Below, piece by piece: positions 1 through 8,851 of a stretch of DNA of 64,000 nt. Location: sequence record PX393108.1. One strand, written 5' to 3'. This DNA is from a phage. The stretch's first letter is position 1, and each line of letters begins with the position of its first letter. The notes under the pieces are model-generated. The model searched no databases and was not told the origin of the DNA. It saw only the letters and a program-made list of their open reading frames with translations. The position numbers and the translations under genes were made by a program.

Positions 1-490
1 TAAGGTCTTCTGTATTATTGGTCTTAAAAATCATTTGTTTATCTAGACCTTTAGCTAATCGAGCACCCAATGCTAATAATCGTCGTTGATTTTCCCACAA
101 ATCTGCAATCATTTGGTCGAATGATAATTTTGGCATTAGTCGACCATAAAGGTCATATCCTTTATTGTAATTACGAAGGATTTCACTCGCATTAATACGA
201 GACAACGCTCCAATTTTATTAAGGGCTTTCATAATGCGATTAGATAAACTCATTCCAGACCCATTTGTTCGCTGTAAATGTTTTTCTAATCCAAATCCAA
301 TATCAACTTTAAACTTATCTAAAATTTCAGCATGAACATCTCTGTCGATAACATTCAAATCCAAAGTTGGGTTAAATCTATGAAAAAATTTATCTGGCTC
401 TCCACGGCGAAGTACAGTCCATTCATTCATCATTTTTTTATTAACTAAAGATTTAATTACTGCATTGACATTATTAATTACTACTGACAT
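1..490 (-). CDS. hypothetical protein, 3' end truncated by window edge (start ATG at 490, SD GAGGAAA)
   Basis: Open frame on minus strand from ATG at 488-490 to window edge; translation MSVVINNVNAVIKSL...; no recognisable motif. Confidence 0.5.
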   Translation of the reverse strand, partial: MSVVINNVNAVIKSLVNKKMMNEWTVLRRGEPDKFFHRFNPTLDLNVIDRDVHAEILDKFKVDIGFGLEKHLQRTNGSGMSLSNRIMKALNKIGALSRINASEILRNYNKGYDLYGRLMPKLSFDQMIADLWENQRRLLALGARLAKGLDKQMIFKTNNTEDL

Positions 491-497
491 ATTTTCC

Positions 498-905
498 TCA
501 CTCAATTTCAATTTTACTAAATACACAGAATATGATTGAACAGACTACATAAGCACCACACACAGATTGAACTAATACCATCCCAAAGAACCAAACAATA
601 TTATCAAACAGTGTCTGTTTTACGTCGAAAGGACGTAAACTTACAGTAATATTATCACCTTTTTCTATTGAAGAATACATCTCTGGGGAAATATATTCAC
701 TAAATCTATAACCGTCTTTGAGTTCATATACGGCAATAAACGATAAACTAGACCCTTTTCCTTGTGTTCCTGTAATGGTATTAACTACAGTAACATCATA
801 ATCTCTATAATGCATATAATCATTAATTGCGTAATAACCATATGCAACTACTACACATAAACAACATATCAATAAATTCAATCTTTTAATTATCAACTGT
901 TTCAT
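498..905 (-). CDS. small membrane protein (hydrophobic segments at both termini)
   Basis: 135 aa ORF; N- and C-terminal hydrophobic stretches (LLICCLCVVVAYGYYAI; IVWFFGMVLVQSVCGAYVVCSIIF). Confidence 0.5.
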   Translation of the reverse strand: MKQLIIKRLNLLICCLCVVVAYGYYAINDYMHYRDYDVTVVNTITGTQGKGSSLSFIAVYELKDGYRFSEYISPEMYSSIEKGDNITVSLRPFDVKQTLFDNIVWFFGMVLVQSVCGAYVVCSIIFCVFSKIEIE

Positions 906-960
906 AATAATCTCAATTAAAAGGGCTTAGAACCATTATACCATCCTTGGTATAAAGCGG

Positions 961-1488
961 TTATGCGAGTACCGTCTTTAACCGTTCTTCAAACTTCCGA
1001 AGAGTATTTTGGCGTTCAGCTCTTTGCTTTTTGTAAGTTTCAATACGCTCTGAAATGAGAGTGTATCGTTCATTTACTGATTCTTTCATAAAATCAGGAA
1101 TTTCACGAGAAGCTTTAATCTCGTCAAATTTATCAATAACAGCTTGCTCTTCAGCAATTAAGTTATCATACATTAAAATATCTTTCTTGATGAACTCAAT
1201 ATCTTCTTGAGTTACACGAGATAATTTAGATGCTTTATCCTTTTTGTACTGTTCGTTAGTATCACGAGACCAGTGTAATGTACGATTTTTATTCGTATTT
1301 TTGTAAATTTCTACAATACCGATCTCATCAATAATAACGATCCAATTCCAACGCGATTTGTAAATTTGTCCTCCATCAACAGTGATTTCACCTCCGATTG
1401 AGATGTCATTAAAGAACTTGCTTTGTGCTTCAGATTTAAATTTACCATCGTTGTAATTTACCAAGTTGAAAATATCTTTAGCGTTCAT
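961..1488 (-). CDS. hypothetical protein
   Basis: 175 aa ORF preceded by early-promoter cassette and SD GGAGGAA. Confidence 0.55.
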   Translation of the reverse strand: MNAKDIFNLVNYNDGKFKSEAQSKFFNDISIGGEITVDGGQIYKSRWNWIVIIDEIGIVEIYKNTNKNRTLHWSRDTNEQYKKDKASKLSRVTQEDIEFIKKDILMYDNLIAEEQAVIDKFDEIKASREIPDFMKESVNERYTLISERIETYKKQRAERQNTLRKFEERLKTVLA

Positions 1489-1516
1489 TTTCTGTTCCTC
1501 CGTAGTTGATAGGGTA

Positions 1517-1545
1517 ATAATACCACAGAGGAACAGTCTTGTAAA
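1517..1545 (-). promoter_or_regulatory. T4-type early promoter (TTTACA-17-TATTAT) with conserved ATCAACT leader
   Basis: Minus-strand -35 TTTACA, 17 nt spacer, -10 TATTAT, then CCCTATCAACTACGGAGGAACAGAAAATG. Confidence 0.5.
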
Positions 1546-1548
1546 CCA

Positions 1549-1863
1549 CTAAAAGAAACTTCTTTCACAATTTTTTCCACTGAACCATGCACTCACTGCT
1601 TTCTTAGTCTCAGGAGCAGTGTTATCCATAAACCATTCAAAGGCAGCCTTTTTATGATTCTGGAGGGCTTCTCGGGCTTTAATCTGCTCACGGTCTATTA
1701 ACACTAACATATGAGCCTTTCTTGTCACCATGGGCTTCTTATGATTTTTTGAATACTCCCAGTCATTTGTCCATCGCATTGTCGTTGCGAACTGAAATAC
1801 TGCTTCTTTAATCTTAGTTTCGTAAATTTCACGAGCCTTTGAGTATAACATCACTACCTCCAT
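1549..1863 (-). CDS. hypothetical protein
   Basis: 104 aa ORF. Confidence 0.45.
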   Translation of the reverse strand: MEVVMLYSKAREIYETKIKEAVFQFATTMRWTNDWEYSKNHKKPMVTRKAHMLVLIDREQIKAREALQNHKKAAFEWFMDNTAPETKKAVSAWFSGKNCERSFF

Positions 1864-1952
1864 TCACCAGTTTAATTCTAGTCATCTTTTTAATGGCAGT
1901 CCATATAATCTATTTCTGAACTGCCTTTTTGTCATAGAAGTCCTCTTATGAA

Positions 1953-2921
1953 TTATTTCAGAAGAGTAACCTCAGCAATTTCTTCCCAACCGTTTTTGTC
2001 GGTCATAATAAAGTCAGCAAGATAAAGAGCAGTACGCAGTGAAACATTGCGTAAACGATTAACATTAACTTTCATCCATGATAATGCTTTATAAGTTTCT
2101 TCATCAGAAAGACCGCGCTTTTGCATCATGTCAGTTGAAAGAATAACATCTTCAACCCTGACCATAATTTCTTCATTAGTGTGAACACCCAAATCCAAAT
2201 AAACCGAGCGGGACACTAATGCTTGTAAATGTGGAGCAAGTTTAGTACCACGGTCTAATTCGCGGTCAATGTCAACGTTTGTGATAAAAACAATCGTTCC
2301 TTTAAATTCAAACTCACGGTCAATGCCTTTTTCTTCTAAGTAAGAAGATGCAGTGCTCCAGCAGACTTTACGGGTCTCTCCAGTGTCCAGAGCAGCTTTT
2401 AGAAGATTAAGAATGTCCATATCAGAGAAAACATCCACATCATCAATCAAAAGGACAGAATTCTCTTCACGATTATTCCAAAGCTGTTCATAAAGACCAA
2501 TACCAGAGATTTTACCATTAATGCTTTTATACTCAATGTATCCAATATCATTTGCTTTATTTAAAGCTTTATCTAAAGAATACGTTTTACCAATACCTGC
2601 TGCGCCAGAGATAATCAATGAACGAATATTTCCGTTAATAATACCATTCGTCATCATTCCCATAACATTAAATCTTTTATTAATGCGGGTTTTCATATCT
2701 TCATACGATTCTTTAACTTCCTCAACTTTTACACTATCATATGAAATATCTGATTTGTAAACCCAAACACCGCGACGTTTACCGTCAATTTCAACAAAAA
2801 CTTTACCATCTCCTTGTGCATCTACCGGAGCATTATCTGGGAACCATTCGCCTAAGAGCTCAAAAGTTCCAGAGATTTCTTTACCAAAGTAGATACCCTT
2901 ATTGATAGTTACAGTTTTCAT
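1953..2921 (-). CDS. P-loop ATPase (Walker A GAAGIGKT, Walker B LLIDDVD, sensor-like FITN), AAA-like
   Basis: 322 aa from ATG at 2919-2921 (MKTVTINKG, SD GGAGAATAAA); the longer track start at 3089 would read through a terminator hairpin. Confidence 0.7.
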   Translation of the reverse strand: MKTVTINKGIYFGKEISGTFELLGEWFPDNAPVDAQGDGKVFVEIDGKRRGVWVYKSDISYDSVKVEEVKESYEDMKTRINKRFNVMGMMTNGIINGNIRSLIISGAAGIGKTYSLDKALNKANDIGYIEYKSINGKISGIGLYEQLWNNREENSVLLIDDVDVFSDMDILNLLKAALDTGETRKVCWSTASSYLEEKGIDREFEFKGTIVFITNVDIDRELDRGTKLAPHLQALVSRSVYLDLGVHTNEEIMVRVEDVILSTDMMQKRGLSDEETYKALSWMKVNVNRLRNVSLRTALYLADFIMTDKNGWEEIAEVTLLK

Positions 2922-2955
2922 TTTATTCTCCAAATCCGTATCAGTTGATAGTTGT

Positions 2956-2984
2956 ATAGTACCATAAAGCTTTATGCTTGTAAA
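2956..2984 (-). promoter_or_regulatory. T4-type early promoter (TTTACA-17-TACTAT) driving ATPase gene
   Basis: -35 at 2979-2984, -10 at 2956-2961, conserved leader ACAACTATCAACTGATAC...GGAGAATAAAATG. Confidence 0.55.
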
Positions 2985-3008
2985 CTGTTTTGTGAAAATT
3001 TTTTGAAA

Positions 3009-3034
3009 TAAAAAAAGGGAGCCCGAAGGCTCCC
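3009..3034 (-). terminator. intrinsic terminator hairpin (GGGAGCC-CGAA-GGCTCCC + U-run) after NTase gene
   Basis: 7 bp GC stem with tetraloop followed by T-run on minus strand. Confidence 0.6.
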
Positions 3035-3036
3035 TA

Positions 3037-4050
3037 TCATTTATAATAACTTCGGTGGTTTTCAAGATAAACCCTCTCAAGGAAGTCATCCCAGAAACCC
3101 ATGTCTACTTTTTGTTGCATACCGTTCTTAGAAGCTTCAATGGATGCTGCTTCTACTTGATCGACCACATCTTCCAAAAACTCTTGAACAGTTTTAAATG
3201 GATGCTTACCCAGCTTCACGTCGAGAATAAATGGAGCGTCTTGAAGTGGATAAACTAAGTCACCGGTTTTGTAAATTTCCAATAGTTGGAGTCCACCACG
3301 ACAAGCATGACTCAGAGCTTTCCAGTCAATACCCTCATTCGCTTCAGCTTTACGAGCACGTTCACCATATTCAGCATCAAGTTTATTCAAAGACTGCTTA
3401 AGCTCAATAAGAGAAAGTGTAGTCTGATATTTACGACCCAACACAGTGTAAAACGTTTGTGGGCCTGTTTTCTCATGATTATGGAATACCCATTCGCAGA
3501 ACTCGTTTTCTGGAAGACGATGCTTAATATCTTCAACTTTAGTGCGACGAAGTCTATCAGGGATTCCTTCTTGATAGTCGACCCACTGGTCAGGGATTTG
3601 ATTAACTACTTTCAATACATCACGCAATGCGGCCAAACGAGAACCCTTGACACCATATTTAGAAGCTTGCTTGCGGACATATCCTAAATAAGATTTCATG
3701 TTAGTTGTATAAAAACGAGAACGATTGTCTTGAATAAACTTCCATACATCAGGCAAATCAGATTTAACTACCAGTTCAGGTGGAGTGTGGAGCATATCCA
3801 ATGCTACAGTTTCACCATCTGCTGCTAATTTAAAGAAATACTTAAGACTGTATAGTTCATGGTCAATATCATCTTTAGTGTTTTTAGATGATGTGTTGTT
3901 AGTGTTTTTACTCATATGCTCTTTAACATTTCCAATAAGAATATCGCGAGCAGGAGGAACAAAGATTTCTTTAAAATCTACATCAGATTCTGGAGTAGAA
4001 GTTCCATAAAGATGACTACCAAAATAGCTTTTCATTACTGTTTTCATCAT
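3037..4050 (-). CDS. Pol-beta superfamily nucleotidyltransferase (GS-x10-DVD motif) with long helical C-terminal domain
   Basis: 337 aa; N-terminal YFGSHLYGTSTPESDVDF matches hG[GS]x9-13Dh[DE]; further acidic residue in ALDMLH. Confidence 0.7.
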   Translation of the reverse strand: MMKTVMKSYFGSHLYGTSTPESDVDFKEIFVPPARDILIGNVKEHMSKNTNNTSSKNTKDDIDHELYSLKYFFKLAADGETVALDMLHTPPELVVKSDLPDVWKFIQDNRSRFYTTNMKSYLGYVRKQASKYGVKGSRLAALRDVLKVVNQIPDQWVDYQEGIPDRLRRTKVEDIKHRLPENEFCEWVFHNHEKTGPQTFYTVLGRKYQTTLSLIELKQSLNKLDAEYGERARKAEANEGIDWKALSHACRGGLQLLEIYKTGDLVYPLQDAPFILDVKLGKHPFKTVQEFLEDVVDQVEAASIEASKNGMQQKVDMGFWDDFLERVYLENHRSYYK

Positions 4051-4508
4051 TCAGCCTTATATTCAATAACAGGACATACTTTAGCTTTACGCGCTTTTAA
4101 AAATTCGACGATAATAGATTTCTTTGGTTGAATAGGAGGTAAACCTTTATACGCCCTATCAATATTTTCTACATGTAAAGCATAATCCTTTTTCCATTTA
4201 TAATCTTTATATTTTTCATGCAGTTGTGCAGGAATAACAAATGAACCAATAATAAGTAAAACAAGCAAAATAGCAAGTATAAATGCTGATGGAATAAGAG
4301 TCCATAAACTACCAAAAATAAGCCATTTCTGCATGATTTCTGCGCAGATGATAGTTAGACCTGCTAGTATAGTACATCCGAAAAAAGAAACGAAAAATGT
4401 AGGGATAACAATAGACCAAAAATATGCACACAGTGTCTTAGGTCGTTTCCATTCGTCGTTAAACATTTTGAATAATTTATAGTGCCAAGAGCTTTCATTA
4501 ATAATCAT
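4047..4508 (-). CDS. polytopic membrane protein
   Basis: 153 aa; several hydrophobic helices; ATGA overlap with downstream NTase gene. Confidence 0.55.
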   Translation of the reverse strand: MIINESSWHYKLFKMFNDEWKRPKTLCAYFWSIVIPTFFVSFFGCTILAGLTIICAEIMQKWLIFGSLWTLIPSAFILAILLVLLIIGSFVIPAQLHEKYKDYKWKKDYALHVENIDRAYKGLPPIQPKKSIIVEFLKARKAKVCPVIEYKAE

Positions 4509-4510
4509 AA

Positions 4511-5032
4511 TTATCCTTTCATTGAAGGTGTAACAGTTGTTAAATACTTAATCATAGCTTCAGCTTCTGATTTTGATAATGAAATTTCTCCATTGTTTTG
4601 ACGAATAGAAATAAAATCTGGATGACGGTCACCACCAGCTTTTAAAATACACATATAAGTATCAGTTTCATCTTCAATATCTGAAATGATTGAAGCAGTT
4701 CCGCATGAATGTGGTTTTTGATAAATCAATGCAGCTTTTCTTCCACCGTTTGACTGTTCATAAACTTTTAACACATCAAACAAATCACTTCTTTTATCAA
4801 TAGCTAAGATGTTGTTTTCATCTTCAATGTTAAATCCTTCGGATACTTCATAAAGTGTCACCCATAAATCGCCAATATCAATGACAGCATTCACCTTTCC
4901 ATGATTTTCAAGAGCATTACAAATTTTCTTAATTTCATCATAACTCATTTTAATAATATCATCTCCTTGAATAAGGAAGATGTCATTTTTAAATTCAACA
5001 CGAATTAAACCGCTTTCACTTGAAATAAACAT
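4511..5032 (-). CDS. hypothetical protein, paralogue of 5039-5602
   Basis: 173 aa; shares GFNIE motif and C-terminal ...KSEAEAMIKYLTTVTPSM with neighbour. Confidence 0.55.
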   Translation of the reverse strand: MFISSESGLIRVEFKNDIFLIQGDDIIKMSYDEIKKICNALENHGKVNAVIDIGDLWVTLYEVSEGFNIEDENNILAIDKRSDLFDVLKVYEQSNGGRKAALIYQKPHSCGTASIISDIEDETDTYMCILKAGGDRHPDFISIRQNNGEISLSKSEAEAMIKYLTTVTPSMKG

Positions 5033-5038
5033 ATTTCC

Positions 5039-5602
5039 TCACTTTGAAATCATAGTTGGAATGACAGAATCAAGATAAGTCTTTAGCGCAATGGCTTCGT
5101 CTTTGGTAAATGTGACAATATGTGATCGAAAATCGTCAATTTGGCGAATAGTTAAGACATCTCCCTCTTCATAACATTTTGATACATTTAAAAGAGTTTC
5201 ATCATTTTGATCGCACTGATCGCAAGCGTTAGTAATAATAGCATTGCAATTTTTAAGCCATTTTAAACTATGTTTTCTTTCATTAGAATAATAAAAATAT
5301 TTAATGTAAGTTATAAAATTATCCCAATTATTAATTGATAAGCATATTGACTCGCTTTCAATGTTAAATCCTGGGCATGAAGAATAAAAATGAATTTTAT
5401 GCTCATCATTGATGCTTACAATTTTATCAGTGTAAGGTTTTTCAATTTGGGTTAAATGAATAATTTCGCTAGGCGTAAAATACAGCATATCGTCTTCTTG
5501 CGTCAAACGATACATATTATTTACTTTTTCTATAGCCAATTCACCAAAAAGTGAACTAACTTCTAGTACTAATCGTTTCATATTAATCCTTTTTATTGGC
5601 AT
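5039..5602 (-). CDS. hypothetical protein, paralogue of 4511-5032
   Basis: 187 aa; C-terminal ...TKDEAIALKTYLDSVIPTM. Confidence 0.55.
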   Translation of the reverse strand: MPIKRINMKRLVLEVSSLFGELAIEKVNNMYRLTQEDDMLYFTPSEIIHLTQIEKPYTDKIVSINDEHKIHFYSSCPGFNIESESICLSINNWDNFITYIKYFYYSNERKHSLKWLKNCNAIITNACDQCDQNDETLLNVSKCYEEGDVLTIRQIDDFRSHIVTFTKDEAIALKTYLDSVIPTMISK

Positions 5603-5861
5603 GAATTTTTTCTAAAATTTTAGAGTATTCCTTTGTATCAGATTTACGCACAATCGATACACTATAAGGCATACTATCAGTGTCTTTTATAAAGCGTTCC
5701 AAATGACACTCTAATAAAATTTCTGGATTATAAATCGTGTACATCAAATTACCTGTTGCTCCACGATATTGGCAGATTTCTACTGATTGAGCATCATTCC
5801 ACAATTTTGTTAAGACTAAATCACCTACTTCTAATTTCGGAAAGCTCACATTATTCACCAA
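5583..5861 (-). CDS. hypothetical protein
   Basis: 92 aa ORF. Confidence 0.45.
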   Translation of the reverse strand: MVNNVSFPKLEVGDLVLTKLWNDAQSVEICQYRGATGNLMYTIYNPEILLECHLERFIKDTDSMPYSVSIVRKSDTKEYSKILEKIHANKKD

Positions 5862-5934
5862 TTAAAGTTTCAATTAATTCTCTTAACTTAAAAGCTTGTT
5901 CATTTGTCATTACATACTCCTTTGAATAATATCA

Positions 5935-5963
5935 ATAATATTGTTAACCAGATTATAAGTAAA
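5935..5963 (-). promoter_or_regulatory. T4-type early promoter (TTTACT-17-TATTAT)
   Basis: Sequence match on minus strand upstream of a 19-codon ORF and the 5583-5861 gene. Confidence 0.45.
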
Positions 5964-6042
5964 CATTGGGTAATTATATTGAATCATCACATACACAACA
6001 AACAAAACTTTCATTCTCTTCTCCTTGGCAGTTGACAAGATT

Positions 6043-6071
6043 ACTATACCATAACCTTGCCAACTTGTAAA
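6043..6071 (-). promoter_or_regulatory. sigma70-like early promoter (TTTACA-17-TATAGT)
   Basis: Sequence match on minus strand in a 200 nt non-coding gap. Confidence 0.4.
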
Positions 6072-6074
6072 CCA

Positions 6075-6221
6075 TTAAATGACGTTTTCAATAAAATTCT
6101 GAAGCTTTGTGTGAGCATCAACCATGATTTTCATTTCTTCCTTTGCGAAAGCTGTACCTCTTTCTCGAGCAGAATACTCATAGTCAGAAACTGCATTAGC
6201 ATATTCTTCAATTAGTTTCAT
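6075..6221 (-). CDS. small hypothetical protein (48 aa)
   Basis: ATG-initiated 48-codon ORF MKLIEEYANAVSDYEYSARERG...; below track size cut-off. Confidence 0.3.
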   Translation of the reverse strand: MKLIEEYANAVSDYEYSARERGTAFAKEEMKIMVDAHTKLQNFIENVI

Positions 6222-6237
6222 TAAAAACATCTGCTTT

Positions 6238-6432
6238 TCAGTTTTCATTATTCCACCTAATCATTTCAAGATATTGAACTAACTTAGCTTTGGATTTATC
6301 CAAATCCTTTTTAGCTGCTTCTATACCATCGTATGAATATCCTTCACAATGCTCAACTGCCAATTGGTATGAATCTATTTCAATATCACGTGCTAATTTA
6401 ATGATTTTTTCAAACTGTTCACGTGTTAGCAT
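6238..6432 (-). CDS. hypothetical protein
   Basis: 64 aa ORF. Confidence 0.4.
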   Translation of the reverse strand: MLTREQFEKIIKLARDIEIDSYQLAVEHCEGYSYDGIEAAKKDLDKSKAKLVQYLEMIRWNNEN

Positions 6433-6434
6433 AC

Positions 6435-6638
6435 TTAAACTCTCGTATTATGATCGATAATTTCATCAAGAAACATATCTAAAGCTTCTACAGCATTATC
6501 AACTTTAGCTTCAAGTTCTTCAGCGCCTTTATTTGCAATGCCTGCCGAAAACCAAGCAAAGTCACTAAGTTCCTCGTCTGCTTTGCGAATTAAAGCTACC
6601 AATTCTTTAATTTTATCTGCTTGTTCGATACTAATCAT
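6435..6638 (-). CDS. hypothetical protein (start chosen at [13 protein letters not shown])
   Basis: ORF 6435-6674 with internal Met giving ATGA overlap with upstream gene. Confidence 0.4.
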   Translation of the reverse strand: MISIEQADKIKELVALIRKADEELSDFAWFSAGIANKGAEELEAKVDNAVEALDMFLDEIIDHNTRV

Positions 6639-6826
6639 TATTCCACCACATATGAAAGAGAGAATATTGCACACGCCATATGAGTTGCAGCTTCATCACA
6701 CATATCATAACGTTTCTTAAGAAGTTTTTCAAGTTCTTCACTGGTAACTTCATCCATGTCGACGAAAAAATCGCCATTAATGATGACGTAGATATTTCCT
6801 TCTTGATTGAGTGCTTCAATTTTCAT
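6638..6826 (-). CDS. hypothetical protein (start [10 protein letters not shown])
   Basis: Preceded by early-promoter cassette and SD AAGAGGAGAA. Confidence 0.45.
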   Translation of the reverse strand: MKIEALNQEGNIYVIINGDFFVDMDEVTSEELEKLLKKRYDMCDEAATHMACAIFSLSYVVE

Positions 6827-6854
6827 GATGTTCTCCTCTTTATCTGATGGTTGT

Positions 6855-6883
6855 ATAGTATCACAGCTCAAATGGAAAGTAAA
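6855..6883 (-). promoter_or_regulatory. T4-type early promoter (TTTACT-17-TACTAT)
   Basis: Conserved cassette with ACAACCATCAG leader. Confidence 0.5.
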
Positions 6884-6894
6884 CCGGTAAAATG

Positions 6895-6916
6895 AAAAAA
6901 GTCTCCCGAAGGAGAC
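6895..6916 (-). terminator. intrinsic terminator hairpin (GTCTCC-CGAA-GGAGAC + U-run) after rI.-1
   Basis: GC hairpin followed by T-run on minus strand. Confidence 0.55.
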
Positions 6917-6921
6917 TAATG

Positions 6922-7308
6922 TTATTCGAGGGAAAGAAGATATTTACTTTGATAAAACATCCCAGTAATATCATCTATCGTGCTTTGAATGGCTGGAGGC
7001 ATTTCTTTATAAATGCTGTTAGACTGGTCTAGTATGCGATCAATCATTTTAATTGTGTCGGTAGGAAGTTTACTGGCATCCGGAATTGACGGCGTGTATT
7101 TTCTACCAGAATACCCCAAATATTGCTCACCAAATTTATCAATCAAATCTGGTAACTCAGAGAAAATAAAATCGTATGCTTTGTGTCTAGCATAACTTTT
7201 AGTTTCAAAATGCGCAGAATGAAAATAAGCTTGTGCAGCCATTAATAAACCTAAGTATTCATCTGCCTTTGAAGGTTTTCCACTTTGTGAAAAGTCGCTG
7301 AATTTCAT
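6922..7308 (-). CDS. rI.-1: rI.-1-like protein
   Basis: 128 aa ORF immediately downstream of rI as in T4. Confidence 0.6.
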   Translation of the reverse strand: MKFSDFSQSGKPSKADEYLGLLMAAQAYFHSAHFETKSYARHKAYDFIFSELPDLIDKFGEQYLGYSGRKYTPSIPDASKLPTDTIKMIDRILDQSNSIYKEMPPAIQSTIDDITGMFYQSKYLLSLE

Positions 7309-7598
7309 TCAGTCTCCAATTTAATGTTCATAATTCTAGCGTATGATTGTGCCATCTCCGCGCCTCGCTCTATACATTCAAAATCGGAAGAGCACGGGTC
7401 ATTTTTATAGGTCGTTCGCATAAAACTATAGAACTGTTCAGATGATTCTACGCTTTTATTTTCAAAAAGCATATAAACATGTCTAATACCAGATTCCATA
7501 AATTTATCAAAATGAGGATCGACATTCGCTTCAATCGGTGGAGATAAAGCAAACGCTAATCCTAGCATGGCAAATAGTGCCGTTGCTTTTAAGGCCAT
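7305..7598 (-). CDS. rI: lysis-inhibition regulator rI (signal-anchored periplasmic protein)
   Basis: 97 aa; N-terminal signal MALKATALFAMLGLAFALSPPIEA; matches recalled T4 RI sequence and position next to tk. Confidence 0.85.
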   Translation of the reverse strand: MALKATALFAMLGLAFALSPPIEANVDPHFDKFMESGIRHVYMLFENKSVESSEQFYSFMRTTYKNDPCSSDFECIERGAEMAQSYARIMNIKLETE

Positions 7599-7610
7599 AA
7601 AGGCCTCCTA

Positions 7611-7823
7611 TCATTTTTGTCCTGTATTTACTTTGTGCCGATGCACGGCCTTAACTTTATCAAGGTATTTTTCAAAATTTCGCAATCTAGTATAGTCTGC
7701 CGGAGATTGGTTGAGTGATACTTCTCGACGCAAAGCTGAAATGATATTTCCAACTTCCCTACGAATTTCATCTAATTGAAGAACAGTAAGATTGCGAAGT
7801 TGCTTTTCAGTTAATTGTAGCAT
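7611..7823 (-). CDS. rI.1: rI.1-like protein
   Basis: 70 aa ORF between tk and rI. Confidence 0.55.
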
Positions 7824-7865
7824 ATATACCCCTTTAGTTAGATAAACCTATTTATAACTTTTGCA

Positions 7866-8447
7866 CTAACCGAGCTTTTTAGTTAATTCATTCCAATGTT
7901 TTCTACACAAAGAAACATAAATTTCATCACCAATACAGATTTGATTACCTTCTTTAACTGGTGTTCCATCTTCCATTAATCGAGCTGTCATAATAGCTTT
8001 TTTACCACAATGACAAACTGCTTTTAGTTCAATAAGTTTATCTGCAATCGCCAAAAGTTCTTTAGAACCTTCAAATAATTTTCCAGCGAAATCAGTCCTT
8101 AGCCCATAAGCCATAACAGGAACATTGTATGTATCGACAATTCGGCTTAATTGATGCACCTGTTCAGTTTTTAAAAACTGAGCTTCATCTACAAATACGC
8201 AATGAATATCTTTTTGTGCTTCAGCCCATTTATAGAACTCAAAAATATCCATATCATCCGTAATAATATTCGCTTCCTGCTTAATTCCAATGCGAGAAAC
8301 GACTTCACAGACAGAATCGCGAGTATCAATAGCAGGTTTAAGAACTAATACACCCATTCCGCGTTCTTTATAATTATGCGCAGCAGTCAAAAGAGAAGCA
8401 GATTTTCCAGCATTCATTGCTGCATAAGTAAAAATTAAACTCGCCAT
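7866..8447 (-). CDS. tk: thymidine kinase
   Basis: 193 aa; P-loop AMNAGKS, FVDEAQF, C-terminal Cys cluster typical of TK1-type kinases; T4 Tk size. Confidence 0.9.
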   Translation of the reverse strand: MASLIFTYAAMNAGKSASLLTAAHNYKERGMGVLVLKPAIDTRDSVCEVVSRIGIKQEANIITDDMDIFEFYKWAEAQKDIHCVFVDEAQFLKTEQVHQLSRIVDTYNVPVMAYGLRTDFAGKLFEGSKELLAIADKLIELKAVCHCGKKAIMTARLMEDGTPVKEGNQICIGDEIYVSLCRKHWNELTKKLG

Positions 8448-8456
8448 ATCACCTTC

Positions 8457-8663
8457 TTAAAGCGTATTCACATAAGCTATTAATTCGTTTTCTTTCTTAT
8501 CAAACCGGTCAGCAAATTCTTCTTGCTGTTCGGGAGATAGCGGGCCGTATTCATCATAAAAGGTGTTTGCTTCTGTATGCTCATCTAGAAGTTCATGGAT
8601 AAGCTCAAACAATTTATCTTTTTGTTCTTTACTCAGACTCATAACCATGTAACCTTTAAGCAA
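8457..8663 (-). CDS. hypothetical small acidic protein
   Basis: 68 aa ORF. Confidence 0.45.
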   Translation of the reverse strand: MLKGYMVMSLSKEQKDKLFELIHELLDEHTEANTFYDEYGPLSPEQQEEFADRFDKKENELIAYVNTL

Positions 8664-8851
8664 TATTCTTCTACATGTTGTTTACGACCTTTCCTATCAA
8701 TAAAGGTATATTCAACGAATGTTCCAATATAGTCTTTATCTACATCATGAGGACTATTAATTGGGCATTTAGTACGGCAAATGCGTTCCCATTGACGAAT
8801 AATTTCCGCTTTGTTTTTAGGATCAAACGGATGCGGGTAATGTACTTTCAT
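8639..8851 (-). CDS. hypothetical protein
   Basis: 70 aa ORF. Confidence 0.4.
   Translation of the reverse strand: MKVHYPHPFDPKNKAEIIRQWERICRTKCPINSPHDVDKDYIGTFVEYTFIDRKGRKQHVEEYCLKVTWL

Noticed and set aside
1953-3089. Long version of the ATPase ORF starting at ATG 3089 (378 aa)
   Set aside because: The extra 56 codons run through the NTase terminator hairpin and an early promoter and overlap the NTase 3' end; the ATG at 2921 with SD GGAGAATAAA is the credible start.
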